Origin: an uncultured delta proteobacterium
GTDB taxonomy: Bacteria; Myxococcota_A; Polyangia; Haliangiales; Haliangiaceae
DNA length: 64,000 nucleotides
Reading direction: 5' to 3'
Assembly: GCA_963743525.1 (NCBI GenBank)
Contig: CAVUQH010000004.1
Span: forward strand, 128,001 to 192,000
Below are positions 29,206-39,570 of this stretch, piece after piece. The notes below the pieces were generated by a model. That model made no database searches. It saw only the letters and a list, made by a program, of their open reading frames with translations, and had not been told where the DNA came from. A program made the position numbers and the translations under genes. Every line of letters begins with the position of its first letter. Within the stretch, counting starts at the first letter, position 1.

Positions 29206-30362
29206 CGGAAGTGCACTCGACGCTCCCCTGCGCCAGTATTCTCGTGACCGCGTTCGCCGCCGGAGGCTGTTTCTCCGGGACGCCTGCCAACAAGGCGGAC
29301 GCCGGTAACAACCAAAGTTCGGATGCGTCAACCAGCATCGACGCCGGACCGACGACGGACGCGGGGCCGCCACCGGACGCGCCACCGCTGGGCGACGGCG
29401 TGTCGACGCTGGTCGGCGGCGCCGAGCCGGGAACCAACGACGGCGCCCGCAACGTGGCCCGCTTCAGCAACCCGGTCAACATCGCCATCGGAACCGACGA
29501 CATGCTCTACGTCGCCGACTTCGACAACAGCCTGCTCCGCCGGATCACCCCCGAGGGAACCGTCAGCACCATCATCGACATCGCCAACACGTTCCAGCGG
29601 CCGTTCGGGCTGGCCTTCGCCACCGACGGAACCCTGTACGTGGAGACCGACAACAACGACTCCGGTGCCCACTCGGCCACGACCGGCACCATCTGGAAGG
29701 TCAACACCACCGCCAAGACCGCCACTGTCGTCGTCCGCAACGTCGGCCGTCCGCGCGGGCTGGCGGTACTGGCCGGCGGCAACGTCGTGCTGTCGGACAT
29801 GAACCAGCAGACCATCCGCCTGCTCGATCCCGGCACGGGCGACCTGACCGTGCTGGCCGGCGCCACCGACCAGGCAGGCTTCGCCGACGGCGCGGGCGCC
29901 ACGGCACGGTTCAACCAACCGTACGACGTGGTCGTCACCCAGGCAGGTGACCTGCTCGTCGCCGACTACGGCAATCACTGCATCCGCAAGGTCCTGTCGG
30001 ACGGCACCACCAGCACCTACGCCGGCAGCTGCGGCACCTCCGGCTACGCCGACGGCAGCTCGACCGATGCTCGCTTCAACAACCCGCAGGGACTGGCCAT
30101 CGACAGCGCCGGCAACCTGTACGTGACCGACACCGGCAACTACCGCATCCGCGAGGTCGCTTCCGACGGCACGGTCAGCACCGTGGCCGGCGACGGCACC
30201 GCCGGCTTCCTCGACCATACCGACCCGACCATGGCCGAGTTCTACGGAATGGAGGGGCAGGACGTCACCGCTGACGGCACCTACCTCTACGTGGCCGACG
30301 GCAACCGCGGCGACGGCAGTCAGCACAACCGCCTGCGCCGGGTCACGCTGACCGCGCCCTGA
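29202..30362 (+). CDS. NHL-repeat beta-propeller lipoprotein
   Basis: AGGC lipobox; repeated ARFNxPxGLAxD..LYVAD..N..IR. Confidence 0.88.
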   Translation: MTEVHSTLPCASILVTAFAAGGCFSGTPANKADAGNNQSSDASTSIDAGPTTDAGPPPDAPPLGDGVSTLVGGAEPGTNDGARNVARFSNPVNIAIGTDDMLYVADFDNSLLRRITPEGTVSTIIDIANTFQRPFGLAFATDGTLYVETDNNDSGAHSATTGTIWKVNTTAKTATVVVRNVGRPRGLAVLAGGNVVLSDMNQQTIRLLDPGTGDLTVLAGATDQAGFADGAGATARFNQPYDVVVTQAGDLLVADYGNHCIRKVLSDGTTSTYAGSCGTSGYADGSSTDARFNNPQGLAIDSAGNLYVTDTGNYRIREVASDGTVSTVAGDGTAGFLDHTDPTMAEFYGMEGQDVTADGTYLYVADGNRGDGSQHNRLRRVTLTAP

Positions 30363-30400
30363 GCTCTGCGCGCGGGCGCGTCTGGGGGTAGGATGCGCCC

Positions 30401-31355
30401 ATGCGCACCGCCCCTCTCGCGGCCATCCTGTGCGCCGGCCTGCTGGCCGGCTGTTCCAAGGGCAACGCGTTCAACCGCTGACGACCAGCGCACCGCCGGC
30501 CCGGCGGCGGCCGGCGAGCAGCGGCCTCCCGAAGCGACCGGACCGCTGCGCGTCGGCGTGACCCTGCACCCGTACTACTCGTGGGCGAAGAACATCGCCG
30601 GTGACCTGCCGGACGTGACCATCGTGCCGATCCTGCCCGGCGAGACCGACGCCGGGGCGTACCAACCGTCAACCGACGACATCGCCAAGCTCGCGCACCT
30701 GGACGCCGCGATCATCAACGGCATCGGCCACGACGACTTCATCCGCTCGATGATCGACGCCTCGGGCAACAAGAAGCTGACCCTCATCGAGGTCAACAAA
30801 GAGACCCCGTTGCTGCCCTCGGCCCACGGCGACGCGCCCAATTCGCACACCTTCATCTCGTTCACCAACGCGATCCAGCAGACCCGCCTGATCGCCAAAC
30901 GGATGGCCGCGCTGCGCCCCGCCCACGCGGCGGTGTTCGAACGCAACGCCGCCGCCTACGCCGACAAGCTGCGCAAGATCCAGGCCGCGGCTGCGGCCCA
31001 GCTGGCCAACGCCAAGATCAAGCGGGTGATCACCGTGCACGACGGCTACAGCTACCTGTTGCAGGAGATGGGCATCGAGCTGGCCGGCGTGGTCGAGCCG
31101 GCCCACGGCCTGGTGCCGTCGGCCAAAGAGCTGGGCGAGCTGATCGACCTGGCCAAGAAGGAGCACATCCAGGTCATCCTCAGCGAGGAGAGCTTCCCGC
31201 ACAAGCTGCTCGACACGCTGGCCAACGAGACCGGCGCCAAGGTCTACATCATCAGCCACATCGCCGTCGGCAACTACTCGGCCGACGAGTTCGAGAACGG
31301 CATGCAGAAGAACGTCAACACGCTGGTCAAGGCGCTGGTGACCGACCCGAGCTGA
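30401..31355 (+). CDS. Metal ABC transporter substrate-binding lipoprotein (FpvC-like), frameshift near 30470
   Basis: MRTAPLAAILCAGLLAGC signal is out of frame by one extra T with LRVGVTLHPYYS..GHDDF..HTF..VH..EPAHG..SHI. Confidence 0.85.
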
Positions 31356-31358
31356 GCC

Positions 31359-32084
31359 ATGGACACGGCGCGCGTCCTGGAGATGACCGACGTCTCGGTC
31401 CGGCGCGGCAACCGCACCGTGCTCGAGCAGGTGTCGTTGCGCGCCGACGCCGGGCGGATCCACGTTGTCGTCGGCCCCAACGGGGCGGGCAAGAGCACCC
31501 TGATTTCGGCCATCCTCGGCGAGACGCCGTTCGAAGGATCGATCGAGCTGTGCTTCCGCGGCACCGGTCGCATCGGCTACGTGCCGCAGAGCTTCGCCGC
31601 CGACCGCACCCTGCCGATCACCGTGGCCGAGTTCCTCGCCCTGCCCCGCCAGCGCTGGCCGGTGTGCATGGGCATCACCGCCGCGGCTCGCACGCGGGTG
31701 GCGGCGCTGCTCGAGCGGGTCAACCTGGCCGGCATGGAGCGACGGCGCATGGGCGAGCTGTCGGGCGGCGAGCTCCGCCGGGTGCTGATCGCCAACGCTC
31801 TGGATCCGGCCCCCGAGCTGCTGCTGTGCGACGAGCCGGCAGCCGGCCTCGACCCCGAGGCGGTTGAGCGGCTCGATCGCTTGCTGTGCAGCCTGCGCGA
31901 CGACGACCAGACCGCCATCGTCGTGGTCTCGCACGACCCCGCCCAGGTGCGGCGCATCGCCGACCACGTCACCCTGCTCGACCTGTCGGTGCGGCGGAGC
32001 GGCAGCGCGGACCAGGTGCTCGGTCCGCCCGGCGCGGCTGGTTCGGTGTTCGCGTTCCCGCCCGCCCCCGAGGCGAGCCGCTGA
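31359..32084 (+). CDS. Metal ABC transporter ATPase
   Basis: GPNGAGKST, YVPQ, LSGGE, CDEP. Confidence 0.93.
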   Translation: MDTARVLEMTDVSVRRGNRTVLEQVSLRADAGRIHVVVGPNGAGKSTLISAILGETPFEGSIELCFRGTGRIGYVPQSFAADRTLPITVAEFLALPRQRWPVCMGITAAARTRVAALLERVNLAGMERRRMGELSGGELRRVLIANALDPAPELLLCDEPAAGLDPEAVERLDRLLCSLRDDDQTAIVVVSHDPAQVRRIADHVTLLDLSVRRSGSADQVLGPPGAAGSVFAFPPAPEASR

Positions 32085-32956
32085 TGGACTGGTTCTACGG
32101 CGCGTGGGCCAACCTCGCCCATTCCGCGGGGCTGCCGGCGTCGTTCGCCTATCCGTTCGTCGCCCGCGGCGTGATCGCGGTGCTGCTGCTGGCGCCGATG
32201 CTCGGCGGCCTCAGCCACCTGGTGGTCGCGCGCCGGCTGGCGTTCCTCAGCACCGCGCTGGGCCAGGCGGCGCTCACCGGCCTGACCATCGGCGTCGCCG
32301 TCGGCGAGCCGCTGACCAGCGCGTACGTCAGCATCTTCGGCTTCTGCCTGGTGTGCGGAGTGCTGATGGTCTACGTCCGCCGCCGCACCACGCTGCCGCC
32401 GGACACCATCATCGGCGTGTTCATGGCCTTCACCCTGGGCCTGGGCATCTGCTTGTTGGTCGCGGCGACCCGCCGCTTCGACATCCACCGCATCGAAGCG
32501 GTGATGTTCGGCAGCCTGCTCACCGTGACCGAGACCGATCTGTTGGTGTTGCTGCTGGCCTGCATCGCGCTGACCGTTGCCGTCGCGCTCTCGTACAACG
32601 ATCTGTTGTCCGACAGCTTGAGCCCGCAGCTGGCCAGCGTCGAGGGCGCCCGCACCACCCGCCTCGAGTACATGTTCGTGGTCATGCTGACCATCGCCAT
32701 CACTGTCAGCCTCAAGCTGATCGGTGCCCTGCTGGTCGAGGCAATGGTCGTGGTACCGGCGGCCGCAGCGCGCAACCTGGCCGGCAGCGCGCGCGGCTAT
32801 CTGGCCTGGAGCATCGCCCTGGCGGTGGTCGCCGGCATCGCCGGCATCGCCGCGTCAACCCTGTGGCGCGTTCCCACCGGCGGCGCCGTGGTTCTGGCGC
32901 TGACCATCTGCTTCTTCATCACCCTGGTCGCCGGCACAATCACTCGCCGAGCGTGA
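32084..32956 (+). CDS. Metal ABC transporter permease (ABC-3)
   Basis: Multiple TM helices; VMFGSLL, LKLIGALLVEA..VPAAAARN. Confidence 0.92.
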   Translation: MDWFYGAWANLAHSAGLPASFAYPFVARGVIAVLLLAPMLGGLSHLVVARRLAFLSTALGQAALTGLTIGVAVGEPLTSAYVSIFGFCLVCGVLMVYVRRRTTLPPDTIIGVFMAFTLGLGICLLVAATRRFDIHRIEAVMFGSLLTVTETDLLVLLLACIALTVAVALSYNDLLSDSLSPQLASVEGARTTRLEYMFVVMLTIAITVSLKLIGALLVEAMVVVPAAAARNLAGSARGYLAWSIALAVVAGIAGIAASTLWRVPTGGAVVLALTICFFITLVAGTITRRA

Positions 32957-33579
32957 CCCGGCGCCAACCGTCCTGCAGCGCCGGTGCGGCCAGCGGCGCG
33001 GTGAGCGCGTGCGGTCCGGAAGCGACCCAGATGCCGACGTGCAGCATGGTGCCGTCGGTGAGCCGGTGGTGGACCTCGTCGGTCGGCGCCGTCGGAATCC
33101 TTCGCCGTTCCCGGCGCGGGCTCGAGGAAGGTGAGCAAGAAGGTCGGCCGCGCCGCGTCGGTGGGCACGCCGACGTAGCTGGCCACCGCGGGGTCGCGCA
33201 ACAGACTCCACTGATAGCCGCCCTTGTCGATCGGGTCGGGGGCGAACGGCGGCAGCGCGCGAGCGACCAGCGCGGCGACGGCCGGCCACTGCCCGGTGCT
33301 CGAGCGCGCGTCTTCCAGGTCGCCCTCGGCGGCGCGCAGCATGCGGTAGATCCGCTGGTCCGGCGCGGGCAACTGGCCGAACGGCATGTCAACCAGGTAG
33401 CCACCCGCGGCCGCCCCCGTCTCCTGGCCGGCCGTGCCCGACCGGGCCGCCGCACGCTCGACGCCGATCAGCAGCGCGGACCAGACCACGATGTGGACGA
33501 TCGCCCGGATCACCGCGCCGGTCTCGCTCCTCGCCGAGGGCGACGCGACGCGGACGATGCGCAGCCGTTCGTCTTCCAC
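32940..33579 (-). CDS. DUF6162/FpvK-like membrane-anchored protein, frameshift near 33097
   Basis: One TM helix, then 'DQRIYRML..WPAVAAL..PPFAPD..GGYQW..YVG..FLL' and, after removing one T, 'GIWV..LQDGWRRV'. Confidence 0.6.
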
Positions 33580-33645
33580 GGCGGTGAGCGTACGGCCGTG
33601 CACGAGCCCGCGCAACCGGCGGCCGCCGGCCGTGTCTCGAGGCAC

Positions 33646-34314
33646 ATGCGACGAGGCTCGGCGGCGATCCTGGTAGCGTTGGCGGCCTGTGCGCTCACCC
33701 GACCGGCGGTGGCCGAAAAGGTCACCCTACCGCGGGCGACGGTCTGCGCGCTGGACTACCGAACCCGGCTACACCGGCTCGAGCTGCGGGCCGAGACCAG
33801 CGCCAGCCTGGGCTCGCTCGCGGGTGACCTGCGCCGGGTCGTCGGCGTCAACTACTGGATTGGCGAGCATCTGGGGTTTGGACTCGAGCACGGCTCGGGC
33901 CTCGCCACCGATCACGGCTTCCTGCCGGCCCGCGCCGGCGCCGGCGTGACCCGACCGATCACCTCGACCCTGCTCGTCGCCCGCTACGTGCCCGCCCAGG
34001 GCAAGTTGGCCGCATTCGATACGGTGCTGCCGATCGACGTCAACGTCACCGTCGGTGGCGGCATGTCGGAGGGAGCTCCCGCGGCAACCGTCGGCCTCGG
34101 CGTCAACGCCTTCTTGTTCGATGCCGCGATCGCGTTCGGCATTGGCGTCCGCGACGACCGTGCGTTCGGCCGGCGCCGCGACCCACTGTTGGCGCGCGGC
34201 GCCGAGCCGCCGTCGCCCTGGCACGGCGCGGGCGTATCCGCGTTCGTCAGGCTATCTCTGTTCCTGCCCCGCGACATGGCGCGCCACTGCCACTGCTTCG
34301 CGCTGTGGCGATGA
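33646..34314 (+). CDS. Small outer-membrane beta-barrel protein
   Basis: Signal peptide and alternating amphipathic strands (YVPAQGKLA, SAFVRLSLFLP). Confidence 0.6.
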   Translation: MRRGSAAILVALAACALTRPAVAEKVTLPRATVCALDYRTRLHRLELRAETSASLGSLAGDLRRVVGVNYWIGEHLGFGLEHGSGLATDHGFLPARAGAGVTRPITSTLLVARYVPAQGKLAAFDTVLPIDVNVTVGGGMSEGAPAATVGLGVNAFLFDAAIAFGIGVRDDRAFGRRRDPLLARGAEPPSPWHGAGVSAFVRLSLFLPRDMARHCHCFALWR

Positions 34315-34325
34315 CGAACGCACGA

Positions 34326-34367
34326 ATGCCCGCGGCCCTCAGTGAGGAGTCCGCGGGCCGCGGGCAT
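34326..34367. terminator. 13-bp stem hairpin between convergent genes
   Basis: ATGCCCGCGGCCC-N16-GGGCCGCGGGCAT; no U tract. Confidence 0.5.
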
Positions 34368-34383
34368 CCGTGGCTCGGGGGGC

Positions 34384-35790
34384 TTACAGGGTGCTCAGGG
34401 TGACCTTGATGTGCATGTCGGCAGAGACCGGATAGACATTGTTCGGCACCATGCGCACGTTGGTGTCGGTGTCGGGCGAGCCCACGGGCGCGCCGATGTG
34501 CGCGCCGACCGCCGGCTCTTCGCTGAGCTCGGTGCCGGCGTCCCAGATCGACACCATGCTGGTCACATCACCGGTGACCGGTGCGTCACTCGAGTCGAAC
34601 AGCGCGATACCGGCGGCCGGGAAGGAGAAGAACCAGTCGTTCGACGCGCCGTACATGGTGGCGAACGACAGGTAGTCGCCCGGCATGGCCGAGAAATCGA
34701 CGTCGTAGGAGCCGCCGGCGAAGATCGGGCCGGGATCGGTGGCGCCCATCGGCGTGTTGAAGACCATGTACGACGAGGCGCCGGCGGGCAGCATGGCGTC
34801 GAACGAGGTCACCAGGTCCATCGGGTTGCCGGTCTCGGCCAGCAGCTTCAGCCCCTTGCCGCGATCGGCCGAGCCGGAGGTGAACAGCGGCTCACCGCTG
34901 GTGGACAGGACGATCACGCCCGGCGACAGCGGCGTGGCAACCCCGGCGGCCGCCTCGAGGGCGGGCGCGAGCACGCTGATGTCGCCGCCTTCGGCGATCT
35001 GCTCGAGGCCCTGGCCGCGGTCGGCCTCGCCGTCCTTGAACAGCAGGTCTTCCTGGCTGCCGACGGTCCAGACGCCGGGCGAGACGCGAACGTTCTTGCC
35101 GCCCTCGGAGGTCTGCAGGGTGACGCCGTCGGTCAACACGTTCTCGATGCGCACGGTGAACTCGCGCGTGGTGGCGTTCGAGTCGACGGTGACCTTGATC
35201 ATGTCCGAGACCGCCGGGCGATCGAACGTACCGCCCGCGGTGAGGGCGGCGGGATTGCCGACCACGCGCACGGCCGTGTTCGGATCCGCCGCGCCCGGGC
35301 CGTCGGACGAGGTCAACTGCTTGGGCGCGGTGTGCGCGCCCACGGCCGGCTCTTCGTTGACCTCGGTGCCCGCGTCCCACAGATCGATCTGGTCGGTGAT
35401 GTCACCGGAGATGGGGTTGTCGCCGTCGTACAGGGCGATACTGCCGTTCTTGGGCGCGAAGAACCAGTCGTTGGAGGCGCCGAACATGACCGCGAACGAC
35501 AACCGGTGTTTGGGCCCGGCGGTGAAGGTGAACTCGAAGGCATCGCCCGGCGCCAGCGGGCCCGGGCTGCTGCCGCCGACCTTGGTGTTGAACGAGCCGG
35601 ACTTGAGATTGGTGAACGGCGCGACGTTCTCGACGTGCAAGCGGAACATGGTCGGTTGCGTGGTGGCGTCGGGACCGCCGCCGCCGCCGGCGTCAGGGTT
35701 TCCGGTAGCTCCCTGGTCATCGCCGCACGCGGCGAACGCGAGGAAGCCCGTCAGGGCGAGACTCGATATGGTTAGGCGATGGAATGTCAT
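34384..35790 (-). CDS. Spondin_N-domain repeat lipoprotein
   Basis: FAAC lipobox; two 'LSFAxMxGASNDWFF..WDAGTE' units and SPGV..LF..GL..AExG units. Confidence 0.85.
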   Translation of the reverse strand: MTFHRLTISSLALTGFLAFAACGDDQGATGNPDAGGGGGPDATTQPTMFRLHVENVAPFTNLKSGSFNTKVGGSSPGPLAPGDAFEFTFTAGPKHRLSFAVMFGASNDWFFAPKNGSIALYDGDNPISGDITDQIDLWDAGTEVNEEPAVGAHTAPKQLTSSDGPGAADPNTAVRVVGNPAALTAGGTFDRPAVSDMIKVTVDSNATTREFTVRIENVLTDGVTLQTSEGGKNVRVSPGVWTVGSQEDLLFKDGEADRGQGLEQIAEGGDISVLAPALEAAAGVATPLSPGVIVLSTSGEPLFTSGSADRGKGLKLLAETGNPMDLVTSFDAMLPAGASSYMVFNTPMGATDPGPIFAGGSYDVDFSAMPGDYLSFATMYGASNDWFFSFPAAGIALFDSSDAPVTGDVTSMVSIWDAGTELSEEPAVGAHIGAPVGSPDTDTNVRMVPNNVYPVSADMHIKVTLSTL

Positions 35791-35865
35791 GTCCGCTCTA
35801 CGCCCTACCCGCGAGTCGGTTACACGGGCGCACACGCGTTCGTGCGCGAGACGGAGTGAACGCGA

Positions 35866-36591
35866 CTATTCGCCTGCGAGGCCGACTACTTGCCGGCATC
35901 TCACAGCTGCTGACTGCGAGCGCGCTCTGGACCGCGCCGTGCGCAGCACCACATTGTTCAGCGTCACGTTGTCGGTGCGAAGCCCGGCGGGACCGCGCAA
36001 GCGGTCGGCCGTCCCATGCAGAGATCCCCGCCAGACCACCGCGCCGTCCACGCGCGCGATCAGATCGCCGCCGTGGATCTCGGCGGCCAGCAGGTGCTTG
36101 CTGCCGGCCTCGAGCGCGGGCACCGGTGCCCTCTCGGCTGCCGCGATCTTGCGGTAGCCGTGCACCCCGCACGCCGCGTTGGTGTGCTTGCCCGGGTTGC
36201 TCTTGACCGACACCTCGACACCGGCCGGACCGGGGCCGAGGCGCCACATGACATAGACCAGATTGCAGCCGTCGGCGGCGCGCAGCTTCAGACCCAGCTG
36301 GTGGCGCTGCTGACCGGAGGCCAGCGCGCGAGTGCGGGTCGTGTCGCCGCCGTAGACGAACGACAGCTCCGCGGCGTCGCCATGGGCACCGGGCACCACC
36401 GCGCGCACCGTCGGTTGGTCGATCTGCATCGCTCCCGCGCTGGCCTCGACGCTGCCGTGAGTGACGCACAGATCGGCGGGCGCCACGTCGGCCAGCGGGC
36501 CGATCGGCTCGACCTCGGCCGGCGGCGACGGCCGGCTGCTGCCACAGGCGGCGATCGCCAGCGACAACACCGGCGCCAGCGCGCGGATCAC
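35866..36591 (-). CDS. Lipoprotein with probable concanavalin/lectin-like beta-sandwich
   Basis: IAAC lipobox; beta-rich, ending 'H.LAAEI.G..LIARVDG..V...GPAGLRTDN'. Overlaps the upstream stop. Confidence 0.6.
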   Translation of the reverse strand: MIRALAPVLSLAIAACGSSRPSPPAEVEPIGPLADVAPADLCVTHGSVEASAGAMQIDQPTVRAVVPGAHGDAAELSFVYGGDTTRTRALASGQQRHQLGLKLRAADGCNLVYVMWRLGPGPAGVEVSVKSNPGKHTNAACGVHGYRKIAAAERAPVPALEAGSKHLLAAEIHGGDLIARVDGAVVWRGSLHGTADRLRGPAGLRTDNVTLNNVVLRTARSRARSQSAAVRCRQVVGLAGE

Positions 36592-37652
36592 CGATCCTCC
36601 GCCATGCCCAGGACCTGGCGCAGCGTGGCGACGTGGGCGGCGTAATACTCGTGCTGGGCCTTGGCCTCGACCCACTCGAACCACACCGTCTGCGCCAGCC
36701 GGCGACTGCTCTCGCCGCCGACCCGCTGCAGCTCGCGCAACTGGCCGTCGAGATCGCCCACCAGCGCGGCGGTCTCTTCGGCGCGTTTGCTGTCGATCTG
36801 CAGGAGCGAGCGCATGCGCGCAGCGGTGGCGTCGGCGCCGATGCCGCCGCGCTCGTCGCGGAGTATGCGCCGCCGTCCCGATGCCGCGCGGGACTCGGCG
36901 CTGCCCTGGAACAGCCAGCCGATGTTGAAGCTGGCCGAGACCACGGCGAAGAACGGCGAGCTGGTGTCGTTGGACAGGAACCGGTCGTAGCCCATGCGCA
37001 GGCTCACGTCCCAGGCGCGCGCGCGGCGCAGCCTGCCCTCCTCGTGCGCGACGTCGCCGTCGGCGGTCAGGTAGGTCGCGAGCGAGCGCGCCAGCCCGGT
37101 GTCGCCCTTGGTCGCGGGCAACGCGTCGAGCTGGCGACGGGTCTCGGCGGCCAGCTCGTGCAGACGGTCGACGCGCAACCGGGTGGAGATCAGCTCCTGC
37201 CGGGTGGTCCGCCGGTGGCTGACGTCCTCGGACACCTGGTCGAGCATCTTGTCGGCCTTGGCCAGCGCCTGGTCGAGCACGTCGGCCTTGGCCTGCAGTG
37301 CCTGCCGCGTGCTCGAGCTGTCGATGGCCGACAGCGCCCGGTGCCGCCGGCACTGAGCGGTGGCGTGAGCGCGCACGATGGACGACTGATACAGGCCGCT
37401 CAGGCGGTAACCGACGCCAAAGGTGAGGCGCAGGTTGTCGCCGGTCAACGCCGGAGAGGTGGTGACGGACAGCTGATCGACGTAGCCGAAGCTGCCGAAC
37501 AGGTTGGGCGAGCGCAGCAGCGCGGCCTCCGAGTCGGCGACCCCGTGAACGTAGTCACAGTAGCCGTCGCGCTCCTGCGCGCGGGCGTCGCTGGCAGCGC
37601 CCGCGGCCAGCGAGACGCAGAGGATCATTACGGCGGTTCGGCGGCGGTGCAT
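36588..37652 (-). CDS. TolC-like outer membrane channel protein
   Basis: Signal peptide, then two repeats of an amphipathic beta-hairpin (NLFGSFGY..LTFGVGYRL; WDVSLRMGY..VSASFNIG) each followed by long helices. Confidence 0.55.
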   Translation of the reverse strand: MHRRRTAVMILCVSLAAGAASDARAQERDGYCDYVHGVADSEAALLRSPNLFGSFGYVDQLSVTTSPALTGDNLRLTFGVGYRLSGLYQSSIVRAHATAQCRRHRALSAIDSSSTRQALQAKADVLDQALAKADKMLDQVSEDVSHRRTTRQELISTRLRVDRLHELAAETRRQLDALPATKGDTGLARSLATYLTADGDVAHEEGRLRRARAWDVSLRMGYDRFLSNDTSSPFFAVVSASFNIGWLFQGSAESRAASGRRRILRDERGGIGADATAARMRSLLQIDSKRAEETAALVGDLDGQLRELQRVGGESSRRLAQTVWFEWVEAKAQHEYYAAHVATLRQVLGMAEDR

Positions 37653-37657
37653 GGCGG

Positions 37658-39359
37658 TTACAGGAGCATTGGCCGGCCACCGACGAACAGCACGTCGTCC
37701 TCAGCGGCGGCGCCGTCGTCGAGATCGATCGACACCATCTGGCCGCGCAGCATCTTGTCGCGGCGCGGATGCTTGAAGCTGACCTCGCCCGGCATGATCT
37801 CGACGACCTTGCCGACCTTGCTACAAAAGACGAACTCCAGGGCGCAGCTGTAAACCGGCGCGCCGACGCTGACGTTGTCCATGTTGCTGTACGGCACGAA
37901 GGCTACGCTGGCGTCGTCGGCCAGGGCGCGCAGGTACGGCGACTTGTTCAGCGAGTCAACCAGCGACTGCTGGCGCTCCAGGCTGGTCTTGAGCATCTTG
38001 CGGTTCTCGATCGCCTTGGCGGTGTCGATCCGCGACAGCTCGTACTCCTGCTTGATGCGCAGGACGTCGTAGCTGAGCACGTCTTCGCCGTTGTCCTGGC
38101 CGAGGATGGCGTCCAGCGACTGCGCCTGCTTCTCCAGATCCGCGGCGCGGGTCTCGTACTCTGCCTCGCGCTCGGCCAGCGACAGGTTGGAGCTGGTGAT
38201 CTGCGCCAGCTGGTATTTGCCCGACAGCATGTCGCTGCGATCGATCAGCCCGGCGCGGTACTCGCGCGACATCTTCCGCTGCGATGCGCGGGCGAACGCC
38301 GAGTTGGAATTCTGGATCTTCTCGCGGGCGCCAGCGTACTCGCGGGCGAGATCCTTCATCCGCTTGAGCGCCGACTTGCGCCCCTCGAGGTCGGCGCGGA
38401 TCGCCTCGGCGAACTGCGCCTGAAACGACTGCTGCACCTCGATGTAGCGGTCGGCGTGGTGGAGCTCGCCGAGCAGACGGTCGCGCTCGTTCTCGGCCTG
38501 ACCCAGCTGCTGCTGCAGGGACAGCACGTGCTCGTCGCTCTTGGACACGACCATCGGCTCGACCCAGCTGTCGCTGACGAAGTAGAAGGCCGACGTGGCG
38601 ATGTAGCCGATGAGGACGACGACGATGATGGTGAGGATGCTGAAGCCGAGCAGGCGGTAGGCCGAGACCATGAACTTGGCCGTGCGCTGGTGTAGCTGCT
38701 GCGCCGGCTCCTCGGCGGGCGGCCCGAGCCCCAGCTCGGAGAAGGTCGCCCAGCGTTCGCGGCCCGGGGCGCGCGGCGCCGCTGCTGCGGGCGGCTCACT
38801 GCCGGCCGGTGCCGGTGCGGGCGGTAGCGGTGGTGCCGGCAGCGGAAGCGCCTGGGCCCGCCGCTGCGGTTGCGGCTGTGGCTGCGGGCGCGGCTGCGGC
38901 TGCATCTGCGGCTGCGGCTGCGGCTGCGGCTGCGGCTGCATCTGCGGGCGCGGCTGTGGCTGCGGGCGCATCTGCGGCGGCTGCATCTGCGGCGGCTGCA
39001 TCTGCGGCGGCTGCATCTGCGGCGGCTGCATCTGCGGCGGCTGCATCGCGGCGCTGCATCTGCGGGCGCATCTGCGGCTGCGGCTGCGGGCGCATCTGCG
39101 GCTGCGGCTGCGGGCGCATCTGCGGCGGCTGGCGCACCTGCGTCTCGGCTTGTGGCGACGGTTGCGCACGCGGCTGCGGTGCCGCGCCCCCACCTCGACT
39201 CCAGCCACCCGCCAGGTCCGCGCGCGAGACCGTCGCTGCGGCATCGGGTCCCGGTCAACTGAATGGGATCACGTTGCTGTTCGCACGCGGGCGGGACGGG
39301 GGAGCACCGGCACCGCGAGGCACACGTTGAGGACGCCGCTGATTGTTGAAGCCTGCCAT
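37658..39359 (-). CDS. HlyD/membrane-fusion-like adaptor: Pro/Gln-repeat N-tail, one TM helix, long coiled coil, C-terminal beta domain (interrupted near 39050 and at 39255)
   Basis: TM 'LLGFSILTIIVVVLIGYIA', heptad region, 'AFVPYSNMDNVSVG..VGKVVEI'. The ATG 39359 frame is broken by TGA at a GTTGAC site and by two deletions in the repeat. Confidence 0.65.
38860..39135 (-). repeat. Coding tandem repeats (CAGATGCAGCCGCCG)n and (CAGCCG)n, encoding PQMQP/PQ
   Basis: About five 15-bp units near 38970-39045, flanked by 6-bp and 21-bp variants. Confidence 0.9.
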
Positions 39360-39399
39360 TGAGTCTCGCGCCCGGCGGGGGGAGTGAGGTGATGCCCGG

Positions 39400-39415
39400 T
39401 GCAAGAACATCGCCA
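39400..39415 (-). promoter_or_regulatory. Sigma54-type motif TGGCGATGTTCTTGCA for the export arm
   Basis: GG-N10-GC, 40 bp upstream of ATG 39359. Confidence 0.55.
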
Positions 39416-39570
39416 CGATCGGGCGCATCGCATCTACGCGAGGCCACGGGGGCCAGGTGGCGAACCTTCGCTCGATCCGGTGGGGCGTGCCCCCACATCT
39501 GGGTACACGCCCCCCATCCACAGCCACCCTTTCGCCCTGATCTTCCACGAGCGCAACGCAGTGAAACCAA

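Noticed and set aside
38860..39135. Repeat region as a CRISPR array, or the Cys/Gly-rich + strand ORF 38670-39362 as a RiPP or metallothionein
   Set aside because: There are no unique spacers. The CGGCI pattern is the antisense reading of the PQMQP coding repeat.
39255..39257. In-frame TGA as selenocysteine or readthrough
   Set aside because: It lies in a disordered region with no redox context and is better explained as CGA->TGA at a GTCGAC site.
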